This document shows, piece by piece, positions 15,728 through 25,859 of a stretch of 64,000 nt of DNA. The DNA is taken from the NCBI GenBank assembly GCA_035530375.1, contig DATKUY010000038.1:34229-98228 (forward strand), in the 5' to 3' direction. The notes under the pieces are model-generated. The model was given only the letters and a program-made list of their open reading frames with translations, was not told where the DNA came from and did no database searches. A program made the position numbers and the translations under genes. Source of the DNA: Sulfuricella sp. (lineage in GTDB: Bacteria > Pseudomonadota > Gammaproteobacteria > Burkholderiales > Sulfuricellaceae). Position 1 is the stretch's first letter. Every line of letters starts with the position of its first letter.

Positions 15728-17779
15728 ATGCGGTATGACAAAACTCTTTTTCTTCTTACACTGACATTGCTTGCCGACTCTAACGCCTTAGCCGGCGGCA
15801 TCCAGACACTGGAGGAAGTCGTGGTCAGGGATAGCTCGGAAAACCTGATCGGGGTAGCGGATGCCGCAAGCCAAGGCACGATCACCGCCAAGCAACTGGA
15901 GAACCGCCCGCTGCTGCGCCCCGGCGAAATTCTGGAAGTCGTGCCCGGCGTCATCATCACCCAGCACAGCGGCGACGGCAAAGCCAACCAGTATTTCCTG
16001 CGCGGCTTCAATCTCGACCACGGCACCGACCTGGCCATAAGCCTCGACGGCATGCCGGTGAACATGCCGACCCATGCCCACGGCCAAGGCTGGGCCGACC
16101 TCAACTTTTTGATCCCGGAACTGGTCGCCGGCATGCGTTACAAGAAAGGCCCCTACTACGCCGAAGAAGGCGATTTCTCGGCTGCGGGCGCGGTGCATAT
16201 CCGTTACGCGGACAAACTGGAAAGCAGTATCGCCCAACTCGGCGCCGGCAGTTTCGGCTACCGCCGCATGCTGGCGGCAGCCTCGCCACAACTCGCCGAC
16301 GGCAACCTGCTGATGGCGGTGGAAGCGTTCCGCAACGACGGGCCATGGGATAACCCGGAAGCCTACGGCAAGCTCAATGGCGTGCTGCGCTACAGCCGAG
16401 GCACGACACAAAACGGCTTCAACCTCGCCGCGATGGCCTACCAAGCCGACTGGAACAGCACCGACCAGGTGCCGCAGCGCGCCCTGGATAGCGGCCTGAT
16501 CTCGCGCTACGGCGCGATCGACCCGACCGATGGCGGCAAAACTTACCGCTACAGCCTTTCCGGCGGTTGGCGGGAAACCGGCAACGACACGACGACCCAG
16601 GCCAGCGCATACCTGATCGACTACCGCCTCAACCTGTTCTCCAACTTCACTTACTTCCTCGACGATCCCGTCAACGGCGACCAGTTCGAGCAGGCCGACC
16701 GGCGCGTGGTGTCCGGCGGCGCGCTGAACCACGCCTGGGCCGGCAAGTGGGGCGGGCGTGAGATCGAGCATAGCGCTGGTATACAGGTACGCAACGACAA
16801 TATCATCAGCGTCGGGCTTTACCACACCCAGGCGCAGCAACGCCTCGCCGTCACCCGCGCCGACCATGTCGTGCAGACCAGCGTTTCCCCGTATTATCAG
16901 GCGGTAGTGCAGTGGAGCGACCACTTTCGCAGCGTTGCCGGCCTGCGCGGCGACTTCTACCGCTTCCATGTCGCCAGCAGTCTGGCCGCCAACTCCGGCG
17001 ATATCGGCGACCATCTTCTCAGCCCGAAACTGAGCCTGATCTTCGGGCCATGGAACAAGACCGAGTATTACCTCAACCTCGGCGACGGTTTCCACAGCAA
17101 CGACGCCCGCGGCGCAACCCTCGCGCTCGACCCGAAAACCCTCGCTCCGGCGGACAGGGTGACGCCACTGGTGCGCGCCAGCGGCGCGGAAATCGGCGTC
17201 CGCACCGTACCCCTTCCGGGTTGGCAAAGTGCCCTGGCGTTGTGGCGGCTGGACACCGCCTCGGAATTGATTTTCGTCGGCGATGCCGGCACCACCGAGC
17301 CGAGCCGCCCCAGTCGCCGCATGGGCGTGGAGTGGGCCAACTATTACCGGCCCAACCCTTGGCTGACGCTGGACGCCGACTTGGCTATCTCGCGGGCATG
17401 CTTCACCGATGACGACCCGGCCGGCAACCTGATTCCCGGTGCAATCGAAAAAACCTTTTCAGTAGGTGTATCACTCGACAGCGAGCGGGGCTGGCACGGC
17501 GGCATGCGCCTGCGCTACTTCGGTCCGCGTCCGCTGATCGAGGACGACAGTGTGCGCTCCAAATCGTCCACCCTGATCAACGCCCGTATCGGCTACAAGT
17601 TCGACAAGCAATGGCAGGTCGCGCTGGACGCCTATAACCTGCTAAATCGTCAGGTCAGCGATATCGATTACTACTACACCTCGCGACTGGCCGGCGAGCC
17701 GGCTGCGGGTGTGGCTGATATACACACCCACCCGGCCGAGCCGCGCGCGCTGCGCTTGAGCGTAACCGCCCGGTTCTAG
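15728..17779 (+). CDS. TonB-dependent outer-membrane receptor
   Basis: 683 aa. Signal peptide. Plug-domain motifs (EEVVVRD, RPGEILEVVPGV, FLRGF, DGMPVN). Beta-barrel ending in the terminal ...LSVTARF. The start is 36 nt after the NiCoT gene. Confidence 0.9.
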   Translation: MRYDKTLFLLTLTLLADSNALAGGIQTLEEVVVRDSSENLIGVADAASQGTITAKQLENRPLLRPGEILEVVPGVIITQHSGDGKANQYFLRGFNLDHGTDLAISLDGMPVNMPTHAHGQGWADLNFLIPELVAGMRYKKGPYYAEEGDFSAAGAVHIRYADKLESSIAQLGAGSFGYRRMLAAASPQLADGNLLMAVEAFRNDGPWDNPEAYGKLNGVLRYSRGTTQNGFNLAAMAYQADWNSTDQVPQRALDSGLISRYGAIDPTDGGKTYRYSLSGGWRETGNDTTTQASAYLIDYRLNLFSNFTYFLDDPVNGDQFEQADRRVVSGGALNHAWAGKWGGREIEHSAGIQVRNDNIISVGLYHTQAQQRLAVTRADHVVQTSVSPYYQAVVQWSDHFRSVAGLRGDFYRFHVASSLAANSGDIGDHLLSPKLSLIFGPWNKTEYYLNLGDGFHSNDARGATLALDPKTLAPADRVTPLVRASGAEIGVRTVPLPGWQSALALWRLDTASELIFVGDAGTTEPSRPSRRMGVEWANYYRPNPWLTLDADLAISRACFTDDDPAGNLIPGAIEKTFSVGVSLDSERGWHGGMRLRYFGPRPLIEDDSVRSKSSTLINARIGYKFDKQWQVALDAYNLLNRQVSDIDYYYTSRLAGEPAAGVADIHTHPAEPRALRLSVTARF

Positions 17780-17833
17780 CAGGCGGTTATGCTATCCTGA
17801 TATGCATTATCGTACCCCGCCGGGTGAGGAATC

Positions 17834-18892
17834 ATGCCAAAACATATCAAGCGCTCGAAAAAGACCGGTCTGCCACCCGGCACGCTGATTCATATCGGGG
17901 AAAAGCGCAGCGAAAAAAGCCGAATCCGCCTGATTAATTTCGACGAAGCCAATTACGTCGACAAAGAGGCTGGCGCTACGGAGGACTATTGCGCCGCCAG
18001 GGCGGCGACCGGCATCACCTGGGTCAATGTGGAGGGCATCCAGCAGATCGAACCGCTGCAACAGATCGGCGACTGCTTCGGACTCCATCCGCTGGTGCTG
18101 GAAGACATCATGAATGCCGATCAGCGCCCGAAGATGGAAGATTTTGGCGACTACGTCTTTATCGTTCTGAAGATGCTGTCCTTCGACCGTCACGGAAGTA
18201 TCGTTGCCGAGCAGTTGAGCCTGGTTGTGGGGCAAAATTTCCTGCTTTCCTTCCGCGAGCGGGAGAGCGATATTTTCAACCCGATCATCGAGCGTATCAA
18301 GAACGCCAAGGGCCTCATCCGCAAGGGCGGCACGGATTACCTTGCCCACGCCCTGCTCGACGCGGTGGTCGACCATTATTTCGTCGCACTGGAAAAGGTG
18401 GAGGAAGAAATCGACCGGCTTGAGGAAGATGTCATCGCCGACGCAACGCCAAAAACCCTGCAAAGAATCCACAAACTCAGGCGCGAGCTGATCTTCCTGC
18501 GCAAAGCCGTACTCCCTTTCCGTAGCGTGATCAGCTCTCTGGAGCGCGGCGAATCGCCATTCTTCAAGCAGGCATCACGAATCTATTTGCGCGATATCTA
18601 CGACCATACCATCCACATCATCGACTCGCTCGAAACCTTCCGCGATCTCGCCACCGGCCTACTCGACATCTATTTGTCCAGCGTCAGCAACCGCATGAAT
18701 GCGGTGATGCGGGTGCTCACCGTGATTGCCACCATTTTCATGCCGCTCACCTTCCTCGCCGGACTCTACGGCATGAATTTCAAGCACATGCCGGAACTGG
18801 AATGGCGCTGGGGCTATCCGGCGATATTGCTGCTGATGGCGACCGTCGGCATCGGGATGCAGGTCTATTTCCGCAAGAAAAAATGGCTATAA
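17834..18892 (+). CDS. corA: CorA-family divalent cation (Mg/Co/Ni) transporter
   Basis: 352 aa. Two C-terminal TM helices with the signature YGMNFKHMPE. Confidence 0.9.
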   Translation: MPKHIKRSKKTGLPPGTLIHIGEKRSEKSRIRLINFDEANYVDKEAGATEDYCAARAATGITWVNVEGIQQIEPLQQIGDCFGLHPLVLEDIMNADQRPKMEDFGDYVFIVLKMLSFDRHGSIVAEQLSLVVGQNFLLSFRERESDIFNPIIERIKNAKGLIRKGGTDYLAHALLDAVVDHYFVALEKVEEEIDRLEEDVIADATPKTLQRIHKLRRELIFLRKAVLPFRSVISSLERGESPFFKQASRIYLRDIYDHTIHIIDSLETFRDLATGLLDIYLSSVSNRMNAVMRVLTVIATIFMPLTFLAGLYGMNFKHMPELEWRWGYPAILLLMATVGIGMQVYFRKKKWL

Positions 18893-18976
18893 CGCGATAA
18901 CCGGCCTTTTGCAGGTTGGCGCAGCCGGAAGCCGGCACGCCGCGCAGTCATGCTAGAATAAATCAATTCCTCTGAC

Positions 18977-20266
18977 ATGCCGACTCAGCCCATGCCACAC
19001 AACACCCACAGCCTGCTGGTCAATTTTTTTACCGATCTGGACCAAACCACAATTCTGTGGCAACTGCCCGTTCTGGTACTCAGCCTGGCGCTCGCCTGGG
19101 GATTCACTCACTTGTTGAGAAGCCATCTGCCGAAATCGGAAGGCGCATTGAAGGTCGGTTTGGGCGGTGTTTCCCGCATCGCTTTTCCGCTGATCGCGCT
19201 ATTGCTGGTGGTGGTTGGCAAGACCGTACTCAAGAACTGGCATTCCGTCAATCTGCTGAACATCGCTGTTTCCCTGTTGCTGGCACTAGCACTGGTTCGC
19301 CTTGCCGTCTATGCCCTGCGCAAAATTTTCGCTCCGAGCGGTTGGCTTCACAGCTCCGAGCGTTTTATTGCCATGACCATCTGGATCGGGCTCGCTTTGC
19401 ATCTCACCGGCTTCCTGCCCGAAATCCTGGATGCGATGGACGATCTCAGCTTCAATATCGGCAAACAGAAAATTTCGCTGCTCATCATCCTGAGCGGCAT
19501 ACTCTCCGTCGTTATTACCCTTCTGGCGGCGATGTGGATGGGGAGAGTGCTGGAAAACCGGGTAATGAGCGCAGAACATCTGGAAATGAATTTGCGCGTG
19601 GTGCTGTCCAAGCTGATCCGCGCCGCACTGATCGTGCTCGGCGTTCTGGTCGCCCTGCCGCTGGCCGGCATCGACATCACCGTGCTTTCGGTATTCGGCG
19701 GCGCATTGGGCGTAGGCATCGGCTTCGGTCTGCAAAAAATTGCCAGCAACTACGTCAGCGGCTTCATTATTCTGCTCGACCGTTCCATCCATCCCGGCGA
19801 TTCCCTGACCGTGGACGGGCGTTTCGGCACTGTTTCAAAACTGACCGCCCGCTATATGGTATTGAAAGGGCTGGACGGCACCGAAGCGATCATCCCCAAC
19901 GAAACCCTGATCAGTTCCACGGTCATCAACCATTCCTATACCGACCGCCGGATACGCATCGGCGTTCCGATGCAGATCAGCTACCAAAGCGATCTGGAGC
20001 GTGCCATGACGATCATGAAGGAAGCTGCGACAAATCAACCCAGAGCGCTTGCCGACCCGGAGACGAAGGTCTTTCTCAAGTCATTCGGCGACAACGGCAT
20101 CGATCTGGAAATGAGCGTCTGGATCGACGACCCGGAAAACGGCCAGCTCAACCTGAAATCGGACATCAACCTGGAAATCTGGCGCAAATTCCAGGAGGCC
20201 GGCATCGAAATTCCCTACCCGCAACGAGACATCCGCATCATCGGCGGCGGACAGCCGCTCGCCTGA
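18977..20266 (+). CDS. Mechanosensitive ion channel family protein (MscS-like)
   Basis: 429 aa with multiple TM helices. The MscS core is GFGLQKIASNYVSGFIILLDRSIHPGDSLTVDGRFGTVSKL...IIPNETL. Confidence 0.85.
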   Translation: MPTQPMPHNTHSLLVNFFTDLDQTTILWQLPVLVLSLALAWGFTHLLRSHLPKSEGALKVGLGGVSRIAFPLIALLLVVVGKTVLKNWHSVNLLNIAVSLLLALALVRLAVYALRKIFAPSGWLHSSERFIAMTIWIGLALHLTGFLPEILDAMDDLSFNIGKQKISLLIILSGILSVVITLLAAMWMGRVLENRVMSAEHLEMNLRVVLSKLIRAALIVLGVLVALPLAGIDITVLSVFGGALGVGIGFGLQKIASNYVSGFIILLDRSIHPGDSLTVDGRFGTVSKLTARYMVLKGLDGTEAIIPNETLISSTVINHSYTDRRIRIGVPMQISYQSDLERAMTIMKEAATNQPRALADPETKVFLKSFGDNGIDLEMSVWIDDPENGQLNLKSDINLEIWRKFQEAGIEIPYPQRDIRIIGGGQPLA

Positions 20267-20359
20267 CATCCGACCGGCTTGACAGCTTCCGGACTTTATT
20301 CCCGACTATTTTGGTATACAATAGCCATTGGGTTATTATTTAGATAAGGAATCGAATCC

Positions 20360-21112
20360 ATGTTCTCAGGCATCCTGGATCTACCATGGTGGGGATTGGT
20401 GCTGGCTACGCTGGGGCTGACGCACGTCACCATCGCCAGTGTCACCATTTTTTTGCATCGCCATCAGGCGCACCGGGCGCTGGAATTGCACCCGCTGGTC
20501 AGCCACTTTTTCCGTTTCTGGCTATGGTTCACCACCGGCATGGTGACGCGTGAATGGGTGGCGGTACACCGCAAACACCATGCCAAATGCGAAACCGACC
20601 ACGACCCGCACAGCCCGCAAGTCCTCGGCATCAACAGTGTGCTGTGGGGTGGGCTGCTGCTTTATCGCAGCGAAAGCAGCAAACCCGAAACGATCGCAAT
20701 TTACGGCCGCGGCACGCCCGACGACTGGCTGGAGCGCAACCTTTACGCGCCGTACAACGGCTTTGGCATAACGATCATGGCCTTGCTGAATATCGCCCTG
20801 TTCGGACTCGTTCCCGGCATCCTGATTTTTGGCGTGCAAATGGCCTGGATTCCGTTCTGGGCAGCGGGCGTGATCAATGGTATCGGCCACTGGTGGGGTT
20901 ACCGCAACTTCGCCAGCCCGGATCAGAGCCGTAACATCCTGCCTTGGGGCATCCTGATCGGTGGCGAGGAATTGCACAACAACCACCATGCCTATGCCGG
21001 CTCCGCCCGGCTGTCGAACAAATGGTACGAATTCGACATCGGCTGGGCTTATATCCGCATGCTGGCGGTGTTCGGGCTGGCGCAGATAAAGAACGTGGCA
21101 CCGAGAACATAA
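20360..21112 (+). CDS. Membrane fatty-acid (acyl-CoA/acyl-lipid) desaturase family protein
   Basis: 250 aa. Three His boxes are present: HRHQAH, HRKHH and HNNHH. Confidence 0.8.
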   Translation: MFSGILDLPWWGLVLATLGLTHVTIASVTIFLHRHQAHRALELHPLVSHFFRFWLWFTTGMVTREWVAVHRKHHAKCETDHDPHSPQVLGINSVLWGGLLLYRSESSKPETIAIYGRGTPDDWLERNLYAPYNGFGITIMALLNIALFGLVPGILIFGVQMAWIPFWAAGVINGIGHWWGYRNFASPDQSRNILPWGILIGGEELHNNHHAYAGSARLSNKWYEFDIGWAYIRMLAVFGLAQIKNVAPRT

Positions 21113-21131
21113 CAAGCTGTTTAAAAAATCT

Positions 21132-21171
21132 GCCCAACAAAAAACCCGCCAGAGCGGGTTTTTTGTTGGGC
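21132..21171. terminator. Bidirectional intrinsic terminator between the desaturase gene and rpmG
   Basis: Perfect hairpin GCCCAACAAAAAACCCGC-caga-GCGGGTTTTTTGTTGGGC, with A/T runs on both sides. Confidence 0.7.
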
Positions 21172-21189
21172 AATACCGGGAAAAACTGC

Positions 21190-21357
21190 TTACTTCAGTT
21201 TGGTTTCCTTGTAATCCACGTGCTTGCGCGCCACCGGATCAAATTTCTTGATCAGCATTTTTTCCGGCATGGTGCGTTTGTTTTTGGTGGTAGTGTAAAA
21301 GTGGCCGGTTCCAGCAGTGGATTCCAGCTTGATCTTCTCGCGTGCGCCTTTAGCCAT
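21190..21357 (-). CDS. rpmG: 50S ribosomal protein L33
   Basis: 55 aa, below the ORF-track cutoff. Translated by hand: [55 protein letters not shown]. Confidence 0.9.
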   Translation of the reverse strand: MAKGAREKIKLESTAGTGHFYTTTKNKRTMPEKMLIKKFDPVARKHVDYKETKLK

Positions 21358-21368
21358 TTTTCAGCTCC

Positions 21369-21605
21369 TTAAATGGATTCGCCGCGAGCACGCAGCTTGG
21401 CCAGCACGGCATCGATGCCGTTCTTGTCGATAGTGCGCAGAGCCGCGCACGAAAGGCGCATGCTCACCCAGCGGTTTTCGCTTTCAACCCAGAACTTGCG
21501 GTTTTGCAGGTTCGGCAGAAAACGGCGCTTTGTCCTGTTGTTGGCGTGGGAAACGTTATTCCCTGACATCGGCTTCTTGCCGGTGATCTTGCATACGCGG
21601 GCCAT
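21369..21605 (-). CDS. rpmB: 50S ribosomal protein L28
   Basis: 78 aa: [34 protein letters not shown]... Confidence 0.95.
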   Translation of the reverse strand: MARVCKITGKKPMSGNNVSHANNRTKRRFLPNLQNRKFWVESENRWVSMRLSCAALRTIDKNGIDAVLAKLRARGESI

Positions 21606-21743
21606 GGTGTTGCTCCAAAGATAGAATTCGAAAAACGCGATTTATACCATATTTCCGCAGGACAACTCAAGATAAAATTTCATTCCGGCCGACAAACCTC
21701 GTTCCATAGATGGAAGGAAACCGACTGCAAATCCGGCAAACTC

Positions 21744-22418
21744 CTAGAGCAAGCCTCGCTCCGCGAACGACAAGAAGCCGCCGCCGGCGACTATGAAATG
21801 ATCGAGCACCCTGACATCCACCAGCATCAACGCGCTTTTCAACGCCTGCGTCAATGACTGGTCGGCATGGCTCGGCTCCGCCATGCCGGAGGGATGGTTG
21901 TGCGCGAGGATCACCGCGGCTGAGTTGTGGTGCAATGCGCGCTTGATCACCTCGCGCGGATAAACACTGGTCTGAGTGAGCGTACCCCGAAACAGTTCCT
22001 CGCTCGCAACGACCCGATTCTGTGCGTCCATGAAAAGCACCATGAATACCTCGTGGGCCAAGCCCTGCAACCTGAGCCGCAAGTAATCGCGCACGGCTTG
22101 CGGTGAGGACAGCGCATCGCGCTGCGACATCTCCTCGTGCAATGCGCGCCTCGCCATCTCCAGCACCGCCTGCAACTGCGCATATTTCGCGGCGCCCATG
22201 CCGTGCGTCAGGCAAAACTCCTTTTCCCCCGCCGCAAACAGCGCTGCCAGGCTGCCAAAACGGGCAAGCAGATCGCGCGCCAGATCCACCGCACTTTTCC
22301 CCGTCACGCCGGTGCGCAGAAAAATCGCCAGCAGTTCTGCTTCTGAAAGCGTTGCCGCGCCGTTCTTCAGGAGTTTTTCCCTGGGCCGCTCGCCTTCGGG
22401 CCAATCTGTTATCGCCAT
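21744..22418 (-). CDS. radC: RadC-family JAB/MPN domain protein
   Basis: 224 aa. N-terminal ERPREKLL and [17 protein letters not shown] motif ILAHNHPSG. Confidence 0.9.
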   Translation of the reverse strand: MAITDWPEGERPREKLLKNGAATLSEAELLAIFLRTGVTGKSAVDLARDLLARFGSLAALFAAGEKEFCLTHGMGAAKYAQLQAVLEMARRALHEEMSQRDALSSPQAVRDYLRLRLQGLAHEVFMVLFMDAQNRVVASEELFRGTLTQTSVYPREVIKRALHHNSAAVILAHNHPSGMAEPSHADQSLTQALKSALMLVDVRVLDHFIVAGGGFLSFAERGLL

Positions 22419-22456
22419 GACAAATTCTTTTTATTTCAAGTAGAATTAGGATCATT

Positions 22457-23671
22457 ATGATCGATCTGATTACCGAAGTGGCAACAAAACGCCTGGTTCT
22501 CGGCGTCACCGGCGGCGTCGCCGCCTACAAGGCGGCTGAACTCACGCGCCTGCTAGTGAAAAACGGCACCGAGGTACAGGTGGTCATGACCGAAGCTGCC
22601 CGCCATTTCGTCGGCCCGGCCACTTTCCAGGCGCTCTCCGGCAAACCGGTGCTGACCGACCTGTGGGATGGCGGCAGCGCCAACGGCATGGCGCACATCG
22701 AGATCACGCGCAGCGCCGATGCCGTGCTGATCGCCCCCGCCAGCGCCGATTTTCTCGCCAAGCTGGCGCACGGCGCTGCGGACGACCTGCTTTCCGCCAT
22801 CTGTCTGGCGCGCTCCTGCCCGCTGCTGGCCGCTCCGGCGATGAACCGCGAAATGTGGGACAACCCCGCCACCCAGCGCAATATTTTTCAATTGAAGCGC
22901 GACGGCGTAACCATCCTCGGCCCGGCCAGCGGCGCCCAGGCTTGCGGCGAAACCGGCATGGGACGGATGGTGGAGCCGCAAACGCTGATCGAGGACGTCG
23001 ATTCGTTCTGGTACCCCAAACGGCTGCAAGGCAAGCGCGTGCTGATTACCGCCGGCCCGACCTTCGAGGCCATCGACGCGGTGCGCGGCATCACCAATTT
23101 GAGTTCGGGCAAGATGGGCTATGCCGTCGCCCGTGCCGCCATCGAAGCCGGCGCCGCCGTCACGCTGATCTCCGGCCCGACTTGCCTGACGCCGCCGGCT
23201 GCGGCAAAAACCCTGTCCGTCACCAGCGCGCAGCAAATGCTGGATGCGGTCAACGGCGGAATCGCCGACACCGATATTTTCATCAGCGTCGCTGCGGTAG
23301 CCGATTATTACGTGCTCAACCCGAGCGAACAGAAGATCAAGAAAGACGCGCATATCTTCACGCTGGAACTGGCGCCCAACCCGGATATCGTGGCGAATGT
23401 GATGAACCTGCCCAATCCGCCGTTCTGCGTCGGCTTCGCGGCAGAAAGCGAAAACCTCTACGAATTTGCCGAGATCAAGCGCAAGCGCAAAAACCTGCCG
23501 CTGCTGGCCGCCAACCTGGTGCAGGATGCCATCGGCAGCGAAGAAAGCGAACTGATCCTGTTTGACGACGATGGCGCCCACCCGCTGCAGCGCGCACCGA
23601 AAATTGCGCTGGCCCGGCAGCTTATCGAACATGTTGCCAAGCTCTACCACAAGGAAAGAGGTCCAACCTGA
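22457..23671 (+). CDS. coaBC: Bifunctional phosphopantothenoylcysteine decarboxylase/synthetase
   Basis: 404 aa. Flavoprotein N-domain ([12 protein letters not shown]) and CoaB C-domain ([25 protein letters not shown]). Confidence 0.93.
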   Translation: MIDLITEVATKRLVLGVTGGVAAYKAAELTRLLVKNGTEVQVVMTEAARHFVGPATFQALSGKPVLTDLWDGGSANGMAHIEITRSADAVLIAPASADFLAKLAHGAADDLLSAICLARSCPLLAAPAMNREMWDNPATQRNIFQLKRDGVTILGPASGAQACGETGMGRMVEPQTLIEDVDSFWYPKRLQGKRVLITAGPTFEAIDAVRGITNLSSGKMGYAVARAAIEAGAAVTLISGPTCLTPPAAAKTLSVTSAQQMLDAVNGGIADTDIFISVAAVADYYVLNPSEQKIKKDAHIFTLELAPNPDIVANVMNLPNPPFCVGFAAESENLYEFAEIKRKRKNLPLLAANLVQDAIGSEESELILFDDDGAHPLQRAPKIALARQLIEHVAKLYHKERGPT

Positions 23672-23672
23672 G

Positions 23673-24134
23673 ATGAAAAAAAACCTGAAAACCGTTGACG
23701 TCAAAATCCTCGACGAACGCCTCAAGCAGCACCCGCCCAGCTATGCCACGCCGGGCGCGGCGGGTCTGGATTTGCGCGCCTGCACCGAGCATGTGCTCAC
23801 CATCCATCCGGGGCAAACCGAACTCATCCCCACCGGCCTCGCCATCCACCTGCGCGACCCCGGCATGGCGGCGATGATCCTGCCGCGCTCCGGCCTGGGC
23901 CACAAACACGGCATCGTGCTCGGCAACCTGATCGGGCTGATCGATTCGGACTATCAGGGCCAGCTCTTCGTTTCCTGCTGGAACCGCGGCCACACGCCTT
24001 TCATCCTCAACCCGCTGGAACGCATCGCGCAGATGGTGATCGTGCCGGTGATCCACGCCGACTTCAACGTGGTGGAAAGCTTCGAGGAAAGCGATCGCGG
24101 CGAAGGCGGCTTCGGCAGCACCGGCCGCCACTAG
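23673..24134 (+). CDS. dut: dUTP diphosphatase
   Basis: ATG 23673, immediately after the coaBC stop. [17 protein letters not shown]...GAAGLDLRA...[14 protein letters not shown]...DSDYQG...[12 protein letters not shown]. Confidence 0.93.
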   Translation: MKKNLKTVDVKILDERLKQHPPSYATPGAAGLDLRACTEHVLTIHPGQTELIPTGLAIHLRDPGMAAMILPRSGLGHKHGIVLGNLIGLIDSDYQGQLFVSCWNRGHTPFILNPLERIAQMVIVPVIHADFNVVESFEESDRGEGGFGSTGRH

Positions 24135-24164
24135 CAGGCAACAGGGAACTACCTGCCAGCGCTT

Positions 24165-24545
24165 CTAATAGCCCCCGCGGGAACCCCCGCCCATTCCGCC
24201 GCCGGGACCCATCATGCCACCGCCCGGCCCCATGCCGCCAGGACCCATACCACCGCCCCTCGCAGGCGGCACATCCGGCAAGGTAACGCCTTTCTCCTTG
24301 GCGCGCGCCTTCATCTGCTCATGATGCGCGGCGCGAATTTTTTCGCGCTCTTCCGGGGTCTTCGCGGCACGCATGCTGGCGCGATAGGCAGTGCGCTCTT
24401 CCCGCGTCATCATCTGCGAACCATAAATCTGCTCCTGTTGGCGAGTCTGTACCTGCGGCTTCGCCGGCTCCTCGGCAACAGCGACCGCGGACGCAACGGC
24501 AATCCCCGCCGCCAGCGGCAACAACCATAATGTCTTAACCATCAT
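24165..24545 (-). CDS. Hypothetical secreted protein with a Gly/Met/Pro-rich C-terminal tail
   Basis: 126 aa. Signal peptide MMVKTLWLLPLAAGIAVASAVAVA. Charged helical middle section. Tail GGGMGPGGMGPGGGMMGPGGGMGGGSRGGY. Confidence 0.6.
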   Translation of the reverse strand: MMVKTLWLLPLAAGIAVASAVAVAEEPAKPQVQTRQQEQIYGSQMMTREERTAYRASMRAAKTPEEREKIRAAHHEQMKARAKEKGVTLPDVPPARGGGMGPGGMGPGGGMMGPGGGMGGGSRGGY

Positions 24546-24606
24546 CTATCTCCTTGTCGTACGAAAAGTTAATCGGTTCACCTACCGTTTCATTATAGTT
24601 AGGATT

Positions 24607-25104
24607 ATGAAACCTTCCGCTCTTTTCCTGTGCGACGTCATGCTGGCGCGGCTGGCCCGCTACCTGCGCGCCGCCGGAATCGACACCACGCTGGCAGACG
24701 CGTCCGCCACGGACGCGCAGATTCTGCGCGAGGCGATCGACCAGGATCGCTGGCTGCTCACCACCGACCGCAAGATCATGGATCACAAGGCCGCCAGGGA
24801 TCGCGTCATCCAGCTACCCTTCGGCTCGCTCGACACCCAGGCGGCGGCGCTAAGCGCGAGATTCGACATCGACTGGCTCGGCCACGCCTTCACCCGCTGC
24901 TTGCTGGACAACGCCCCGCTCCAGCCTGCCACGGCGGAACACGCCCTGCAGGTGCCGGAAGATGTTCGCCAGTTGGGAGAGGCGCTGCTGGTTTGCCCGG
25001 AATGTGGGCGGGTTTATTGGCGGGGGTCGCATTACAAGAGGATGAGGGGAAAACTGGAAAGCTGGCAGAAGAATGCAGCCGCAGCAACCAACAAGCCACT
25101 TTAG
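24607..25104 (+). CDS. Mut7-C RNase domain (DUF82) protein
   Basis: 165 aa. PIN-like N-terminus FLCDVMLARLARYLRAAGID. C-terminal zinc ribbon: TRC...CPECGRVYWRGSHY. Confidence 0.8.
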   Translation: MKPSALFLCDVMLARLARYLRAAGIDTTLADASATDAQILREAIDQDRWLLTTDRKIMDHKAARDRVIQLPFGSLDTQAAALSARFDIDWLGHAFTRCLLDNAPLQPATAEHALQVPEDVRQLGEALLVCPECGRVYWRGSHYKRMRGKLESWQKNAAAATNKPL

Positions 25105-25196
25105 AGATGCCCTGACTTTATCCGTACATTCTTGTCATGCGCGATGGCGGAGCGTATAGTCACATCTTACCCCGTCTTACCAATTAGAGGTATCAA

Positions 25197-25457
25197 ATGG
25201 AAACAACCCGGTTATCCAGCAAAGGGCAGGTGATTCTCCCTAAATCCGTGCGGGAGTCGCATCACTGGGTGCCTGGCACCGAATTCACGATCGAGGACAC
25301 GCCCGATGGCGTTCTGCTCCGGCCAGCCAAGGCTTTCAAGCCGACGCGCCTGGAAGACGTGATCGGCTGCACCGGCTACAAAGGCCCGGTGAAAACGCTG
25401 GAAGAAATGGAAAACGCCATTGCAAAAGGCGTCAAGGCTCGCCATGCTCGCGGTTGA
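25197..25457 (+). CDS. vapB: AbrB/MazE/SpoVT-type antitoxin (VapB-like)
   Basis: 86 aa with SSKGQVILPKSVRESHHW. The stop overlaps the start of the downstream PIN gene. Confidence 0.8.
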   Translation: METTRLSSKGQVILPKSVRESHHWVPGTEFTIEDTPDGVLLRPAKAFKPTRLEDVIGCTGYKGPVKTLEEMENAIAKGVKARHARG

Positions 25458-25833
25458 CACCCACCTCGTCGTCAGACTGCTCGCCAACGATGACACGCTG
25501 CAAGCGCGCCGCGCGGCGGCGCTGTTTGCCAGCAAACAGATTTTCATCTCGAAGACCGTGCTGCTTGAATCGGAATGGGTATTGCGCTTTTCTTATGAAT
25601 TGCCGCCGAAAGTCATCTTGCAGGCGTTACGCAATATCGTCGGCTTGCCGAATGTCACGGTAGAGCAGCCGCGTGAAGTCGCCGAAGCACTCGATGGTTT
25701 CGAACAGGGACTCGATTTTGCCGATGCGCTGCACCTCGCCAGCAGCCGCCGTGCCGGGAGATTCGCCACTTTCGACAGGAAGCTGATCAAGCGGGCCGAG
25801 AAACTGACAGATATTGAATTGGTGCTGGCATAA
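25444..25833 (+). CDS. vapC: PIN-domain toxin (VapC-like)
   Basis: ATG 25444 is preferred over the track start at 25420. MLAVDTHLVVRLL... carries the N-terminal acidic residue. About 129 aa. It overlaps the antitoxin by 14 nt. Confidence 0.8.
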   Translation: MLAVDTHLVVRLLANDDTLQARRAAALFASKQIFISKTVLLESEWVLRFSYELPPKVILQALRNIVGLPNVTVEQPREVAEALDGFEQGLDFADALHLASSRRAGRFATFDRKLIKRAEKLTDIELVLA

Positions 25834-25859
25834 GTAATGGGCTTGACTCGTACAACTCC

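Noticed and set aside
15788-17227. 479-aa minus-strand ORF
   Set aside because: It is antisense to the TonB-dependent receptor gene, which has clear plug, barrel and terminal-Phe features.
19057-20343. 428-aa plus-strand ORF in another frame of the MscS-family gene
   Set aside because: The translation is Arg/Pro/Gly-rich and non-protein-like. The overlapping frame at 18977-20266 has TM helices and the MscS core motif.
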